Source of the DNA: Ostreococcus lucimarinus
Taxonomy: Eukaryota
Strand: one strand, 5' to 3'
DNA: 64,000 bases
Assembly (NCBI GenBank): GCA_000092065.1
Contig: CP000586.1
Shown here: one piece after another, positions 48,738-59,353 of the stretch
How positions within the stretch are numbered: the first letter of the stretch is position 1
Layout: each line of letters starts with the position of its first letter
The notes under the pieces: model-generated
The model's input: the letters and a program-made list of their open reading frames with translations, nothing else
Database searches by the model: none
Told to the model about the DNA's origin: nothing
Made by a program: the position numbers and the translations under genes

Positions 48738-51700
48738 TTATATCGCGACGGATCGAACTTGTTCGAGCTTCTTTAGAATTTCGCCCGGCGTACGATCCAT
48801 TTCTTCCGCGATTCTCCGTTGAACGTCAGCCGGTAAAGCGCCGAACTGCTCGCACAAGTCACCGTCGATGACATTTTTGACCGGCGCGTAGTACGACCGG
48901 AATGCCATGTGGTCGCGCCCGACTATGGATGGCGCTTCCTGGCGCATGTGCATTTCTAAATGAGTGAAGAACTCGATCTCCGATCGAGAGCTGAACGGTA
49001 ACAAACATCCGATACCGCCCATGAAAGTGCCGTACATGATGATCTCGATCCCTCCCGGTTGTAGTGCGCCCTTCGTGAGCGCGCACACCGTCTCCCCGAT
49101 GTATGTTTGCGCAGAGGTTTCAGACTTGTTCGGCGCACCGTTCAATACACCTTGCGAATAAATGTTCTTACCGCCTGTGGGGTCATCGTCCATGTCCTCA
49201 CTGACATCCTTCGGTAGGCGATTGACGAAAATATTCCCAAACTTATCCGCACCGGCGAGTGTATCGTAATCTAAAGGCAGCGTCGCCGTGATGTATCGCG
49301 GCTTCGTGTCGTCGGCAAAGATGTATATACTACCCTCATCCGCCTTGTACTTGACGTAGTGAATAGACTCCTGCACGTCACCGACGTATATTCTATCTCC
49401 CGCCGCGTGCAGAGTGGTGATGAAGTTTGGAAAGTTCCTGTTCTCAACCTTGCGCAAGAGTTTCTTCTTACCGTAGTCGTAAATGCGCAACGAATTGTTC
49501 ACGCCCGCCAGCAGGTGACCTTTGTATCCACACAACGCCCCGACCGGACCATCCGTCGGGGTGGAGTGCACCAAATTGAGCGTCCTACCATCGTTACCGT
49601 ATCTGTACAAATGGATGAAACCACCATCGCAGTTGCGCGGCGCAAACGTGAGGTTCACCGCCGTACCGACGGCAAGGAGTAACTCATTCGGGCCTGTCAG
49701 GAAGACGTGGCACAAACTGAGCGCGGCTTCACTCTTGTGTAGCTCCAGCACGAACGTCGATTTCGCCTCCTTAGGATCGACGATTCGTACGCACGCCGCC
49801 CACGTTCCAGGCGAGCTCTTCGGCGCGCCAAACTGTTCGACGGGTAGCATCTTTGCTTCCTCCTCGTCTTCGTCGTTCGTTTCGGGCGCTTCGTCTGCGG
49901 GCGTTGCTTCGGGACCTTCGCGTTCGCCGACTGGAACCGTGCACTGGTCACTTTCGATCAGCGCAACCATCTTCGTATCAGGATTGGCGCTCATCGCGCG
50001 CGGAGTGTAACGGAGCTTGACCGTGGTCTGGTTGAAGTTTTCGCCCAAACGCTCGATGCTCGCGATGCGTAACGTCTGGTTTGAAATCGCCACGACGCCT
50101 TCGGGGCATTGCTCGCTGTTGAACGAACACACCTCTTCCAGCGGGACGTACGAAATTGGTGCGAGCACGAACGTTCCCTTTTCAGAGTATCCCAACCAAG
50201 GTCGAGATGACAACGCGACGAGAGCCGGAGCGCCACGAACGCTTGTACGAACAAGCTTCGGCGCACGAGCGCCTAAAAAGCGCATGCGCATATCACTCAG
50301 TTGTCCAGAAACTTGATCAATCGTCGCACGTATCAAAACGCCATTCGCCATGCCCACATTGAGCAACAAACCACCTTGAGTGGACTCCGTACCCGCGGTT
50401 TGGAGGACCAACAAGCTGGACGGCGCCGAGCCCTTGAGCGCTTGCACGGCTAACGTTTGCAAGCAGTCATCCGGGTTGAGGCTCATGACGCGCACGGTGC
50501 CGTCGTACGAACCCATGGCGAGGAATCTATTTCTCAGCGCACCCTCAGGAACCGGACCGATATCCAAACACGCAATGTCGCCGCTAGTCTCCAGCTTTTC
50601 AACTTCAATGAGTTGACCGGCCGAATCTAACTCAAAGTAAATCACTTCGCCGCCGGTGAGCGCGATGACAACTTGCTTGCTGTTGCACGTGCACTTTGAG
50701 ATTTGCTTGCGTCCAGGAGTGCGCCACTCATTGATGCGCTTATCCGCCTTGATGTGGCGCAAACCGCCCGGATGAATCTGAAGTAAAGATTCATCGCTCA
50801 TGAGACACGCCTGAAGCGTCGTCGTAGTTCCTAAAATCCCGCTGTCGTTCACTTCACTGACGGTGTCTCCGATGGACAATACCAGCGTTGCGTTCAAGAA
50901 CGAGACGATGATATACGAATCATACTCTTCCGACGAGCTCTTCTTCACCGTGAAGATGGCGTTCGGCTGGCCCGGAAGTGGGCTCATCGCCAATTCGTTC
51001 ATGGCGATGCCTTGCCGCAAAATGCGAAGCGATGAACGAGCGCCAGTTCCGCAAAGCGTGTACAATTGTGGCATTTCCTCTTCCGTCAAGTTGTGTGCCT
51101 GCATGTCTAGCACAGGACACAAACTATCTATAGTATCGATCGTGTATAAGTTGGTCAAAGGTCGCGGGTCGAAGAATACGGGCTCGTAGCCTTCCTCCGT
51201 TTCCATGAGCGATGCCGAGCTGCTTTCAACCGCGTCATCGTCGCCAATGCCGGCAAACTGATACAGCGCGTGATTTCCGAATTCACTCGCCGCGAACAAG
51301 AAACCAGTCTTCAACACGCACAAGCTTACACACGGGGGAATAGTGTCAAAATACTTCACTTTGACTTCACTCACTGTTTCCCCGGAGTAGTCGATGGTGA
51401 GTTTGTAAATGTCCCCGTACTCTGACTGCGCCAAAAAGAAGAAAGAATTCTTCGATCTGTGGCTCGCGGAGGACACAATCAACACCCCTCGATCAGCCGC
51501 CAAAGAATTTCGACGCGGGATCACCGCCCGAACTTCGTCGTGGTTCTGATGTCTGTAAATGACAAAGTTTTCGCAGCACACCAAGACACCACCCGGACCG
51601 TCGCTTCCGCCTGGCACGGGAATCAAATGGTTTGCGCCGTTATCGATCGGCTCGCTCCACTTGCGTACGACGTGGTTCAAACCTAAATCGAGTTCGTAGT

Positions 51701-52328
51701 ACGTCAAATGCTTCTGCGCCTCCGCCACGGCTTCGCCACTCGGGTCTGCGTCCGCATCGCCGTAGTCCAACTCGATCGCCGCGAAAATCGGATTGTCCAA
51801 TCCGCAATCTAACGCGCACATGTGAAACACGATCGTGTGCGACTTATTCGCCTCAAGCGGTGATGAAATAGTCAAGTTTGCCTCATTATCTCTGTTCATC
51901 ACGTACACCAGCTTATTCTTCTCCACCGCGCCCAGACAAATGGCTCGCCCCTTTGGGTCCGCGCACAAAAACTGCCCCGGCACGATCCTTCGGCATCCCG
52001 TCTTCCCATACGTCTCCTGATGCACCTTCACGAACGCATTCTTTTCCTTATCAAACTGCAGCACCACCACCCGACCGCTGTCGCTTCCGAGGACGAGATA
52101 ATCTCGATTCGCTCCCGCCAGGCGCAGCGTCGCGATCGACCGCGCGATCCCGAACGCCTCCACGCTCGTCACGCTCTGCACCCGTCCGCTCTCATCCGGT
52201 CGCAGCAGCTCGACGACCTTATTTCGCAGCACCACGATCTCCTGCGCCTTGCTCGCGCTGAAGTTTCCGTACACCGCGGCGTTGATTCCGCTCGACTTCT
52301 GCAGCGTGAGATTGTACAAGTGCACCAT
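48738..52328 (-). CDS. SF3B3: splicing factor 3B subunit 3 (SF3B3/SAP130)
   Basis: Colinear similarity to SF3B3 from residue 1 (MVHLYNLTLQKSSGINAAVYGNFS..EIVVLRNKVVELLRPD..GCRRIVPGQFLCADPKGRA). The length (1196 aa) fits. Confidence 0.9.
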   Translation of the reverse strand: MVHLYNLTLQKSSGINAAVYGNFSASKAQEIVVLRNKVVELLRPDESGRVQSVTSVEAFGIARSIATLRLAGANRDYLVLGSDSGRVVVLQFDKEKNAFVKVHQETYGKTGCRRIVPGQFLCADPKGRAICLGAVEKNKLVYVMNRDNEANLTISSPLEANKSHTIVFHMCALDCGLDNPIFAAIELDYGDADADPSGEAVAEAQKHLTYYELDLGLNHVVRKWSEPIDNGANHLIPVPGGSDGPGGVLVCCENFVIYRHQNHDEVRAVIPRRNSLAADRGVLIVSSASHRSKNSFFFLAQSEYGDIYKLTIDYSGETVSEVKVKYFDTIPPCVSLCVLKTGFLFAASEFGNHALYQFAGIGDDDAVESSSASLMETEEGYEPVFFDPRPLTNLYTIDTIDSLCPVLDMQAHNLTEEEMPQLYTLCGTGARSSLRILRQGIAMNELAMSPLPGQPNAIFTVKKSSSEEYDSYIIVSFLNATLVLSIGDTVSEVNDSGILGTTTTLQACLMSDESLLQIHPGGLRHIKADKRINEWRTPGRKQISKCTCNSKQVVIALTGGEVIYFELDSAGQLIEVEKLETSGDIACLDIGPVPEGALRNRFLAMGSYDGTVRVMSLNPDDCLQTLAVQALKGSAPSSLLVLQTAGTESTQGGLLLNVGMANGVLIRATIDQVSGQLSDMRMRFLGARAPKLVRTSVRGAPALVALSSRPWLGYSEKGTFVLAPISYVPLEEVCSFNSEQCPEGVVAISNQTLRIASIERLGENFNQTTVKLRYTPRAMSANPDTKMVALIESDQCTVPVGEREGPEATPADEAPETNDEDEEEAKMLPVEQFGAPKSSPGTWAACVRIVDPKEAKSTFVLELHKSEAALSLCHVFLTGPNELLLAVGTAVNLTFAPRNCDGGFIHLYRYGNDGRTLNLVHSTPTDGPVGALCGYKGHLLAGVNNSLRIYDYGKKKLLRKVENRNFPNFITTLHAAGDRIYVGDVQESIHYVKYKADEGSIYIFADDTKPRYITATLPLDYDTLAGADKFGNIFVNRLPKDVSEDMDDDPTGGKNIYSQGVLNGAPNKSETSAQTYIGETVCALTKGALQPGGIEIIMYGTFMGGIGCLLPFSSRSEIEFFTHLEMHMRQEAPSIVGRDHMAFRSYYAPVKNVIDGDLCEQFGALPADVQRRIAEEMDRTPGEILKKLEQVRSVAI

Positions 52329-52565
52329 CGTTCAGCGCCCCGTTCGGTGCGTCCCCGCGCGCGTCGTTCGGTGCGTCCCCGCGCGGACGTTCACCCGTCG
52401 CGCGTTCGCGTCCGCGCGCCGAGGCTTGCGGCGATCGAGCGTCGCGCGCGTCGCAATGCGGTCGGGCGCATCCGATTTGTGACCTAGGCAAAGGCGGCTC
52501 GCCGCTCGACACAGCGCGACGCGCGTCTCCGACGCGCGCGCGCGAGCGAACGCGTCGAGACGGCG

Positions 52566-53840
52566 ATGTCGCGCGTCGTCGCGCGCGCGCTGGCGAGCGG
52601 CGGGCGATGCGCGCGCGCGACGACGATGGATGCGCGCGCATGGCTTTACGCGTCGACGACGGGACGCGTTCAAACGCGCGCGCCGGGGGCGATCTCGGCA
52701 ATCGCAGCGGTGCGAGAGGTGATGTGGACATCGAACGCGACGTACGCGACGCTGGCGAGGGATAAGCCCGGGAAAGGGAAGCGACAAGGGACGAATTATG
52801 GGATGGGGGACTCCATCTTGAAGCGCGGCGGCGGCGACGCGCGAGGGGAGCCGGGACGCGAACGAAGCGCGGTGAAGGGAGTGATGGATGTCGTGGGGGA
52901 TGAAAATGATGTTGTCGTGGACGCGGATGATTCGGGAGGCGTGCCGGCGGAGGGGACGAGCGCGTATGATTACATGTTGCCCGTGCGCGCGTACTACGTA
53001 GGGAGTACAATCGACGTGCGTGCGTTGGCGAAGCAAATGCCGGCGTATCCGAAAGAGTTTAATCGCGAAGGAGTGATCATACGAATGTCGCCGAAGAAAG
53101 TGGCAGAGTTACCGAGCATCGATGGCGACGCCCCGATACCGCCGGAGATGTTGAGTCGGTATTTGGTGGTGTTTAAGTTCGGGAGCGTGGTGTTTTACAA
53201 CATGGGGCACAAGGAGCGGGAGGAGTGTTTAAAGCTCGCGAGATCGTTCACGTCGACGCCTCTGGCGGTGCCAATGACGGATGATTATCGAGTCGTTGTC
53301 AGACCGACGCTCACGGACTGGGCGAGCCTAGAAAGCGATCATATTGTTCTGAAGAGGATGGATATAAACAACATTAGTGTCATCTCGAGCGTGCTGGCAC
53401 AAACTGTCGCGCTGGAACACTACGAGCAAAAAGTGGACGGGATGGTTGAGATTTTTAGTAAATTGAACAAGAGCACGGAGTTGACAGGGGACCTGAACAT
53501 TAGCAAGAAGCGCTTGTTCTCGTTAGTCGCCGAGAACAACAACACGCTGACGGAGTTAATTACGAAACTCGGTTTGTTGGGACGCTCCGACACCGCTTGG
53601 CAATACGCGCAGTATAATATTGTCTGGGAAGGCTTGCGTCAGGATTTCGAGCTCGAAGATAGGTTTCAAGATTTGGATTACAAGCTCAATCTCATTCAAA
53701 CCCAAGTGAAATTCTATTTGGAGATTCTACAGAATCGAAAGAGCGACGCGCTTGAGTGGATCATCATCGTACTCATTTCACTCGAGATTTGCGTCTCGCT
53801 GTACGACATGGCGGACAAAATTCCCCCAATTCCATGGTAG
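52566..53840 (+). CDS. RMD1/DUF155 family protein (probably mitochondrial)
   Basis: DUF155 core in the C-terminal half (..VLKRMDINNISVISSVLAQTVALEHYEQKVD..LIQTQVKFYLEILQNRKSDALEWIIIVLISLEI). Confidence 0.7.
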   Translation: MSRVVARALASGGRCARATTMDARAWLYASTTGRVQTRAPGAISAIAAVREVMWTSNATYATLARDKPGKGKRQGTNYGMGDSILKRGGGDARGEPGRERSAVKGVMDVVGDENDVVVDADDSGGVPAEGTSAYDYMLPVRAYYVGSTIDVRALAKQMPAYPKEFNREGVIIRMSPKKVAELPSIDGDAPIPPEMLSRYLVVFKFGSVVFYNMGHKEREECLKLARSFTSTPLAVPMTDDYRVVVRPTLTDWASLESDHIVLKRMDINNISVISSVLAQTVALEHYEQKVDGMVEIFSKLNKSTELTGDLNISKKRLFSLVAENNNTLTELITKLGLLGRSDTAWQYAQYNIVWEGLRQDFELEDRFQDLDYKLNLIQTQVKFYLEILQNRKSDALEWIIIVLISLEICVSLYDMADKIPPIPW

Positions 53841-53886
53841 CTGTTGTTGTAAATTATTTGAGCCACCGGCACGGTATATGTGTAAC

Positions 53887-55134
53887 TTAGTACTGCCGCG
53901 CCAAAAAGTCTTCGAGCTCCCTGTCCGCGGCAGCGTCGGCAATTTCGTCTGCGTTTGACCCTTTCCTTTTGACCTGCTTCGCCGGCAAATTTGATCGAAA
54001 CATGATAGGTTTTCCTGTCTTTTTATGAGCCGGCGCGCGCGCTCGTTCGAGCGAGCGCTGAAACCTCAACTCTTGCTCACGCTTTTGTTGACGTGCGCGT
54101 TCCTCTCGAGCCAAACGCCTACGCTCCTTTTCCTTTCGCTTTTCCAAATCAGCGACGATGTCTGGCGGTAACGTATCGATCGTCGCGAAATACTCTTCCA
54201 TTTTTGCTTCGATATTTGTCAACATTTGCAAAACGCTGATGCTCGGGTCGTAGTCAAACCCACAATCGACGTAGACTTCTGTGACACGCTTGGTCAATTC
54301 CTTCAGCTCGTTCTCGATCTCGTCTTCGTCGCCCGTATCGCCGCTCGTGAGCTGCTTTGACAATCGCTCGCCCTTACGTTCCTCCGCGTCGATTGCTTCT
54401 TGTAGTTGCTGGATTTGTTCGCGCAATGCGGTCATCTCCGTCTCCATTCGCGTCTTCGTGCTGGTGTGTTTAGATTGGACGGTTTGAAGCATCTCCTCCG
54501 CCTCTCGAACGCTCTGAATGAGAAACAAATTTTGTTCCTCCAACGCCGCAAAGGCGCGCAAAAGCTGCTCAGGCTGCGTGAAATACATCGGCGCATTGTC
54601 TTTCGCGTGCTGTTCGAACCACTCGCTCGGCGTCAACGCGTCCAAAAACTCCTTATACTTGTAACATTCCTTCAACTTTTCCTCCTTTCGATTCAGCTCT
54701 TGCGTCGCGCTCGCGATGTCGTTTTGCAAGCGTTTCATCTCCTTCATCTTTTCATGTTTCGCCCGCGCCTCGCGCTCCGCCGCGCTCACCGCTTCGCGCA
54801 CTTTCGCATCGTTATCCTTCAAAAATTCATCGAACCGCGCGTGATCCTCCTCGAGCATGCTCTCAGATTTCTTCAACGCCTCCTCCCGTCTCGCCGCCTG
54901 CGCCTCGAGCTTTCCAATCTCCTTCAACTTGTTATCGATGTCCATCTGCACCAAGAATATCTCCCGTTTCCGCGCCACGAACGCGCGCACCGATTCTCTT
55001 CCGTCCACTCGCGTCGTCTTCACCGCGCGCGCCGTCGCGCTCTCGCCGGGCACGATCGCGCGCGCGTCTCCGTCCACGCGCGCGATCGACGTTTCGTGTC
55101 CCCGTCCCGCGACCGTCCCGCTCGCGCGCGCCAT
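53887..55134 (-). CDS. coiled-coil protein, DUF4200-like (CCDC42/CFAP73-family, putatively flagellar)
   Basis: REIFLVQMDIDNKLKEIGKLEAQAARREEALKKSESMLEEDHARFDEFLKDNDAKVREAV matches the conserved DUF4200 N-terminal block. The remainder is heptad coiled coil. Confidence 0.45.
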   Translation of the reverse strand: MARASGTVAGRGHETSIARVDGDARAIVPGESATARAVKTTRVDGRESVRAFVARKREIFLVQMDIDNKLKEIGKLEAQAARREEALKKSESMLEEDHARFDEFLKDNDAKVREAVSAAEREARAKHEKMKEMKRLQNDIASATQELNRKEEKLKECYKYKEFLDALTPSEWFEQHAKDNAPMYFTQPEQLLRAFAALEEQNLFLIQSVREAEEMLQTVQSKHTSTKTRMETEMTALREQIQQLQEAIDAEERKGERLSKQLTSGDTGDEDEIENELKELTKRVTEVYVDCGFDYDPSISVLQMLTNIEAKMEEYFATIDTLPPDIVADLEKRKEKERRRLAREERARQQKREQELRFQRSLERARAPAHKKTGKPIMFRSNLPAKQVKRKGSNADEIADAAADRELEDFLARQY

Positions 55135-55324
55135 CGCGCGTCGTCCGCCGCGCGCGCGCGCGAACGCGCGTCGTCGTCGCGCGCGTCGTCCGAGTCGTGC
55201 GCGCGTCGTCGTCGCGCGTCGTCGCGGTCGTCGCGCGTCGCGCGGCTATTTTTGACGACTCGACGAATGTCACCATCGCGATTCGCGATGTCACCGACGC
55301 CCGCACACGACGACGCCGCGCGCC

Positions 55325-58300
55325 ATGTCGCGCGTCGACGGTGGCGCGCGCGCATCGCGCGTCGACGGCGGCGCCCGCGCGGCGCGCGCGCGGCCCGGCG
55401 CGCGCGCGCGCGCGAGAACGCCGGCGGCGACGGCGACGTCGCGCGCGCGTCCCGACGCCCGCGCGCGCCGCGCGCGCGCGCGCGACGTCTCGCGATGCGC
55501 CGCGCGAGACGTCAAGTTTTGCATCGATCGCGGCGGCACCTTCACGGACGTCTACGCGGAGATCCCGCGCGAGGGCGACGCGGGAGAGGTGGCGTTCGTG
55601 ACCCTGAAGCTGCTGAGCGAGGACCCGGCGAACTACGCGAGCGCGCCGAGGGAAGGCATACGACGCGTGCTGGAGACGGTGCACGGACGAGAGATAAAAA
55701 GAGATGAAAAAGTACCGACGGAAAGGATCGAATGGATACGCATGGGGACGACGGTGGGGACGAATGCGTTGCTGGAGAGAAAAGGCGCGGCGACGGCGTT
55801 GGTGACGACGCGCGGATTCGGAGACTTGTTGGCGATCGGAAATCAGGCGAGACCGGATATATTCGATCTCGCGATCGAGCGACCGGGGGCGTTGTACGAG
55901 CGCGTCGTGGAGGTGGACGAACGCGTGCGAGTTTTAGGGGAGGGGGAGCGCGCGCGAGGCGCGAGCGTCGTCGGCTCGACGGGGGAGACGGTGGAGATAT
56001 TGAAACCTTTGGATGTGGAGTCGCTTCGCCCGCGGTTGCGGGCGCTTTTAGACGACGGTATCACGTCTATATCAGTCGTGCTCTTGCATTCGTACACGTT
56101 CGATGAGCACGAACGCGCAATCGGCGCGTTGGCGCGCGAGATGGGATTCCAGCACGTCGCGTTGAGCAGCGCGCTCGTGCCGATGGTGCGCGCTGTGCCG
56201 CGAGGGCACACTGGGTCGGTCGATGCGTACTTGACGCCGTGCATTAGAACGTATATCGACTCCTTTCTGGACGGTTTCGACGAAGGCTTGCGCGACGTCA
56301 AGGTTAGTTTCATGCAATCGGACGGCGGGCTCACGCCGGCGGACAATTTTAGCGGCTATCAAGCCATTTTGAGTGGTCCCGCCGGTGGAGTCGTTGGGTT
56401 CGCTCTCACGACGAGCGCGGCGTTACGCGACGATGGCGACGACGGACGAACACCCATCATAGGCTTCGACATGGGTGGTACGAGCACGGATGTCAGTCGT
56501 TACGATCCGCGGGGCGGGTACGAACAAGTCACAGAGACGACGACGGCGGGCGTCACAGTGCAAGCGCCGCAATTAGATATCACGACCGTCGCCGCCGGTG
56601 GTGGTTCAGCCCTAACATTTCGTTCGAGGACGTTTTACGTTGGCCCAGAAAGCGTGGGATCTCAACCAGGTCCGGTGTGTTATCGCAAAGGAGGCGCGCT
56701 CGCCGTCACAGATGCGAACTTGGTCCTCGGGCGCATCCTCCCAGAATATTTCCCAAAGATATTCGGCCCGAACGAAGACGAAGCGCTGGACTATGAATCC
56801 TCTTACAAGGCATTTGAAGAAGTCACGGCGCGTATCAATGCCGAGACCGGAGAGAGTTTATCGGCTGAAGAGGTTGCGATGGGATTCTTGCGCGTCGCCA
56901 ATGAGGCAATGTGTAGGCCGATTCGCGAAATCACGGAGAGCAAAGGGTACGAAATTTCATCCCACGTTCTGGCCGCTTTCGGCGGTGCTGGACCGCAGCA
57001 CGCATGTGCAATCGCGCGCGATCTGGGAATGTCTACCGTCTTTGTACACAGATTTTGTGGTATTCTCTCGGCATACGGCATGGGCCTTGCCGACGTCGTC
57101 GCCGAGTCACAAGCTGCGTGCGCTGCGAAGTATGAAGACGCACAAGGATTGAAGCGAGCGATGGACGATATGATAGCACTGAAAGAAAAAGTGATATCGC
57201 AGCTCATTTCAGACGGACAGTTCGAAGCGAGTGCGGTGCGATGCGAATGCTTTCTCAATTTGAGATACGATGGCTCCGACACGGCTATGATGGTGCCCGA
57301 ACCAGACGATGGCGACTATGCGAAGGCATTCCGTGAACGCTTCGTGCGCGAGTACGGATTCGATTTAAAAGGGCGAGCATTACTGATAGATGACGTACGC
57401 GTGCGCGGAGTCGCGAATAACTCGCTGCTTACGCGCTTGCCCATCGCGTGCTGCAAACCGGGTGAAAAGCCGATTGCGAACACGAAAACGCGCGTCTACT
57501 TTGAGAACCTTGGTTGGTGCGAGACGCCGGTGTTTCAATTTGAAAGTTTGCTCGGTGGAATGTCCATTGAAGGACCTGCGATCATCATGAATGGGACATC
57601 GACGTGCGTGATTGAGCCGATTTGCGTCGGTCACGTGACAACGTACGGCGACTTGAAAATCACGGTGCCAAACGTCAAAGAGCAAAATGAAACCGTCGAA
57701 GCCGATTACTCTCGTGCCGATGCTATTTTGATTTCGATCTTTAGCAACAGATTTATGGGCATAGCCGAGCGCATGGGCCGAACGTTGCAACGCACAAGCG
57801 TGTCGACGAACATCAAGGAGAGGCTCGATTTTTCGTGCGCCATTTTCGGGCCAGACGGCGGACTTGTCGCGAACGCCCCGCACGTTCCGGTGCACTTAGG
57901 CGCAATGTCCTCGACCGTTTCTTGGCAACTCGAACACTGGGGATTTGACGGTTTGCACGAAGGCGACGTTCTTGTGACCAATCATCCACGTGCAGGTGGT
58001 AGTCACTTGCCTGACATCACCGTGGTCACGCCTGTATTCCGAGACGGGAGAATCGTGTTCTTCGTCGCCTCGCGAGGACATCACGCCGATGTCGGCGGTG
58101 CGACTCCAGGATCGATGCCACCATTTTCAAAAACAATCGCAGACGAAGGTGCCGCCATAAAAACGTTCAAACTCGTCGATCGTGGCGTGTATCAAGAGGA
58201 AGGCATAATCAAACTGCTGACAAAGCCAGATACTGGCAGTCGCGGTACGCGCAAGCTTGCCGATAACTTGAGCGATTTGAGCGCACAAGTTGCAGCGAAT

Positions 58301-59314
58301 CAGCGAGGCATTTCACTTTTGAACGAACTAATTGACGAGTGTGGGCTGGGTCAGGTACAGGCGTACATGAATCACGTACAAGACAACGCTGAGCTTGCTG
58401 TTCGCGACATGTTGAAAACTGCGGCGCAAAACGTCATTGACAATGCCACTCGTCTGGGCGCACAAGTGAACGGCGATAAAGTTACTCTCAGAGCACTCGA
58501 TAAAATGGACGACGGAAGCGAGGTGTGCTTGACGTTGACTCTTGACGCTGCCCATGGTACTGCTGATTTCGATTTCTCCGGCACGTCTCCCGAAGTGTCA
58601 GGAAATTGGAACGCGCCGCCGGCGGTGACAAACGCGGCGGTTATTTACAGCATTCGTTGTCTCGTCAAACAAGAAATTCCACTAAATCAAGGTTGTTTGA
58701 AACCAGTGACGATATCCGTGCCCAACGGATGCTTTCTTTCGCCCTCTGAGGATGCGGCCGTCGTCGGCGGAAACGTCCTCACGTCTCAGCGTGTGACAGA
58801 TGTCTGCCTCGCCGCATTCGGGGCTTGCGCGAACGCCCAAGGATGCATGAATAATTTGACGTTTGGCGATGATAACTTTGGGTATTATGAAACCATCGGT
58901 GGTGGCGCGGGTGCGGGGCCAGACTTTAACGGTGCTTCCGCGGTTCAGTGTCATATGACGAACACAAGAATTACAGATCCAGAAATTTTGGAGCGGCGAT
59001 ATCCAGTCATATTGCGCGAGTTCTCTATTCGTCAAGGCTCTGGCGGTGATGGAAATACGAAAGGTGGCGATGGAATCGTTCGTGAACTTGAGTTCCTGAA
59101 AGATGTCACCGTGAGTGTGTTGTCTGAACGGCGTATTTTTGCCCCAAAAGGTTTGGCGGGAGGCAACGACGGCGCACGCGGAGTAAACTCGCTGCGTCGC
59201 GTGAACGGCGAAGTTGTTGATTTAGGAGGTAAAAATTCCGTGCAAGTCTCCGCAGGCGACGTGTTAAGGATAGAAACGCCAGGCGGGGGTGGATATGGCA
59301 CGAAAATGAGTTGA
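55325..59314 (+). CDS. OPLAH: 5-oxoprolinase (ATP-hydrolysing), hydantoinase A/B fusion
   Basis: FCIDRGGTFTDVYAEIP.. begins as OPLAH does. The protein is 1329 aa with hydantoinase A and B regions throughout. The N-terminal approx. 60 aa are R/A-rich and contain a direct 9-aa repeat. Confidence 0.9.
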   Translation: MSRVDGGARASRVDGGARAARARPGARARARTPAATATSRARPDARARRARARDVSRCAARDVKFCIDRGGTFTDVYAEIPREGDAGEVAFVTLKLLSEDPANYASAPREGIRRVLETVHGREIKRDEKVPTERIEWIRMGTTVGTNALLERKGAATALVTTRGFGDLLAIGNQARPDIFDLAIERPGALYERVVEVDERVRVLGEGERARGASVVGSTGETVEILKPLDVESLRPRLRALLDDGITSISVVLLHSYTFDEHERAIGALAREMGFQHVALSSALVPMVRAVPRGHTGSVDAYLTPCIRTYIDSFLDGFDEGLRDVKVSFMQSDGGLTPADNFSGYQAILSGPAGGVVGFALTTSAALRDDGDDGRTPIIGFDMGGTSTDVSRYDPRGGYEQVTETTTAGVTVQAPQLDITTVAAGGGSALTFRSRTFYVGPESVGSQPGPVCYRKGGALAVTDANLVLGRILPEYFPKIFGPNEDEALDYESSYKAFEEVTARINAETGESLSAEEVAMGFLRVANEAMCRPIREITESKGYEISSHVLAAFGGAGPQHACAIARDLGMSTVFVHRFCGILSAYGMGLADVVAESQAACAAKYEDAQGLKRAMDDMIALKEKVISQLISDGQFEASAVRCECFLNLRYDGSDTAMMVPEPDDGDYAKAFRERFVREYGFDLKGRALLIDDVRVRGVANNSLLTRLPIACCKPGEKPIANTKTRVYFENLGWCETPVFQFESLLGGMSIEGPAIIMNGTSTCVIEPICVGHVTTYGDLKITVPNVKEQNETVEADYSRADAILISIFSNRFMGIAERMGRTLQRTSVSTNIKERLDFSCAIFGPDGGLVANAPHVPVHLGAMSSTVSWQLEHWGFDGLHEGDVLVTNHPRAGGSHLPDITVVTPVFRDGRIVFFVASRGHHADVGGATPGSMPPFSKTIADEGAAIKTFKLVDRGVYQEEGIIKLLTKPDTGSRGTRKLADNLSDLSAQVAANQRGISLLNELIDECGLGQVQAYMNHVQDNAELAVRDMLKTAAQNVIDNATRLGAQVNGDKVTLRALDKMDDGSEVCLTLTLDAAHGTADFDFSGTSPEVSGNWNAPPAVTNAAVIYSIRCLVKQEIPLNQGCLKPVTISVPNGCFLSPSEDAAVVGGNVLTSQRVTDVCLAAFGACANAQGCMNNLTFGDDNFGYYETIGGGAGAGPDFNGASAVQCHMTNTRITDPEILERRYPVILREFSIRQGSGGDGNTKGGDGIVRELEFLKDVTVSVLSERRIFAPKGLAGGNDGARGVNSLRRVNGEVVDLGGKNSVQVSAGDVLRIETPGGGGYGTKMS
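55328..55381 (+). repeat. 27-nt direct tandem duplication in OPLAH 5' coding region (SRVDGGARA x2)
   Basis: tcgcgcgtcgacggtggcgcgcgcgca / tcgcgcgtcgacggcggcgcccgcgcg. Confidence 0.7.
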
Positions 59315-59353
59315 TTGTGATGAAGAATTGTTTTATAAAAATACATGTCGGGG

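Noticed and set aside
54406-55707. 433-aa plus-strand ORF and 250-aa minus ORF (54932..55684)
   Set aside because: Antisense to the DUF4200 coiled-coil gene and the OPLAH 5' region. Arg-rich low complexity.
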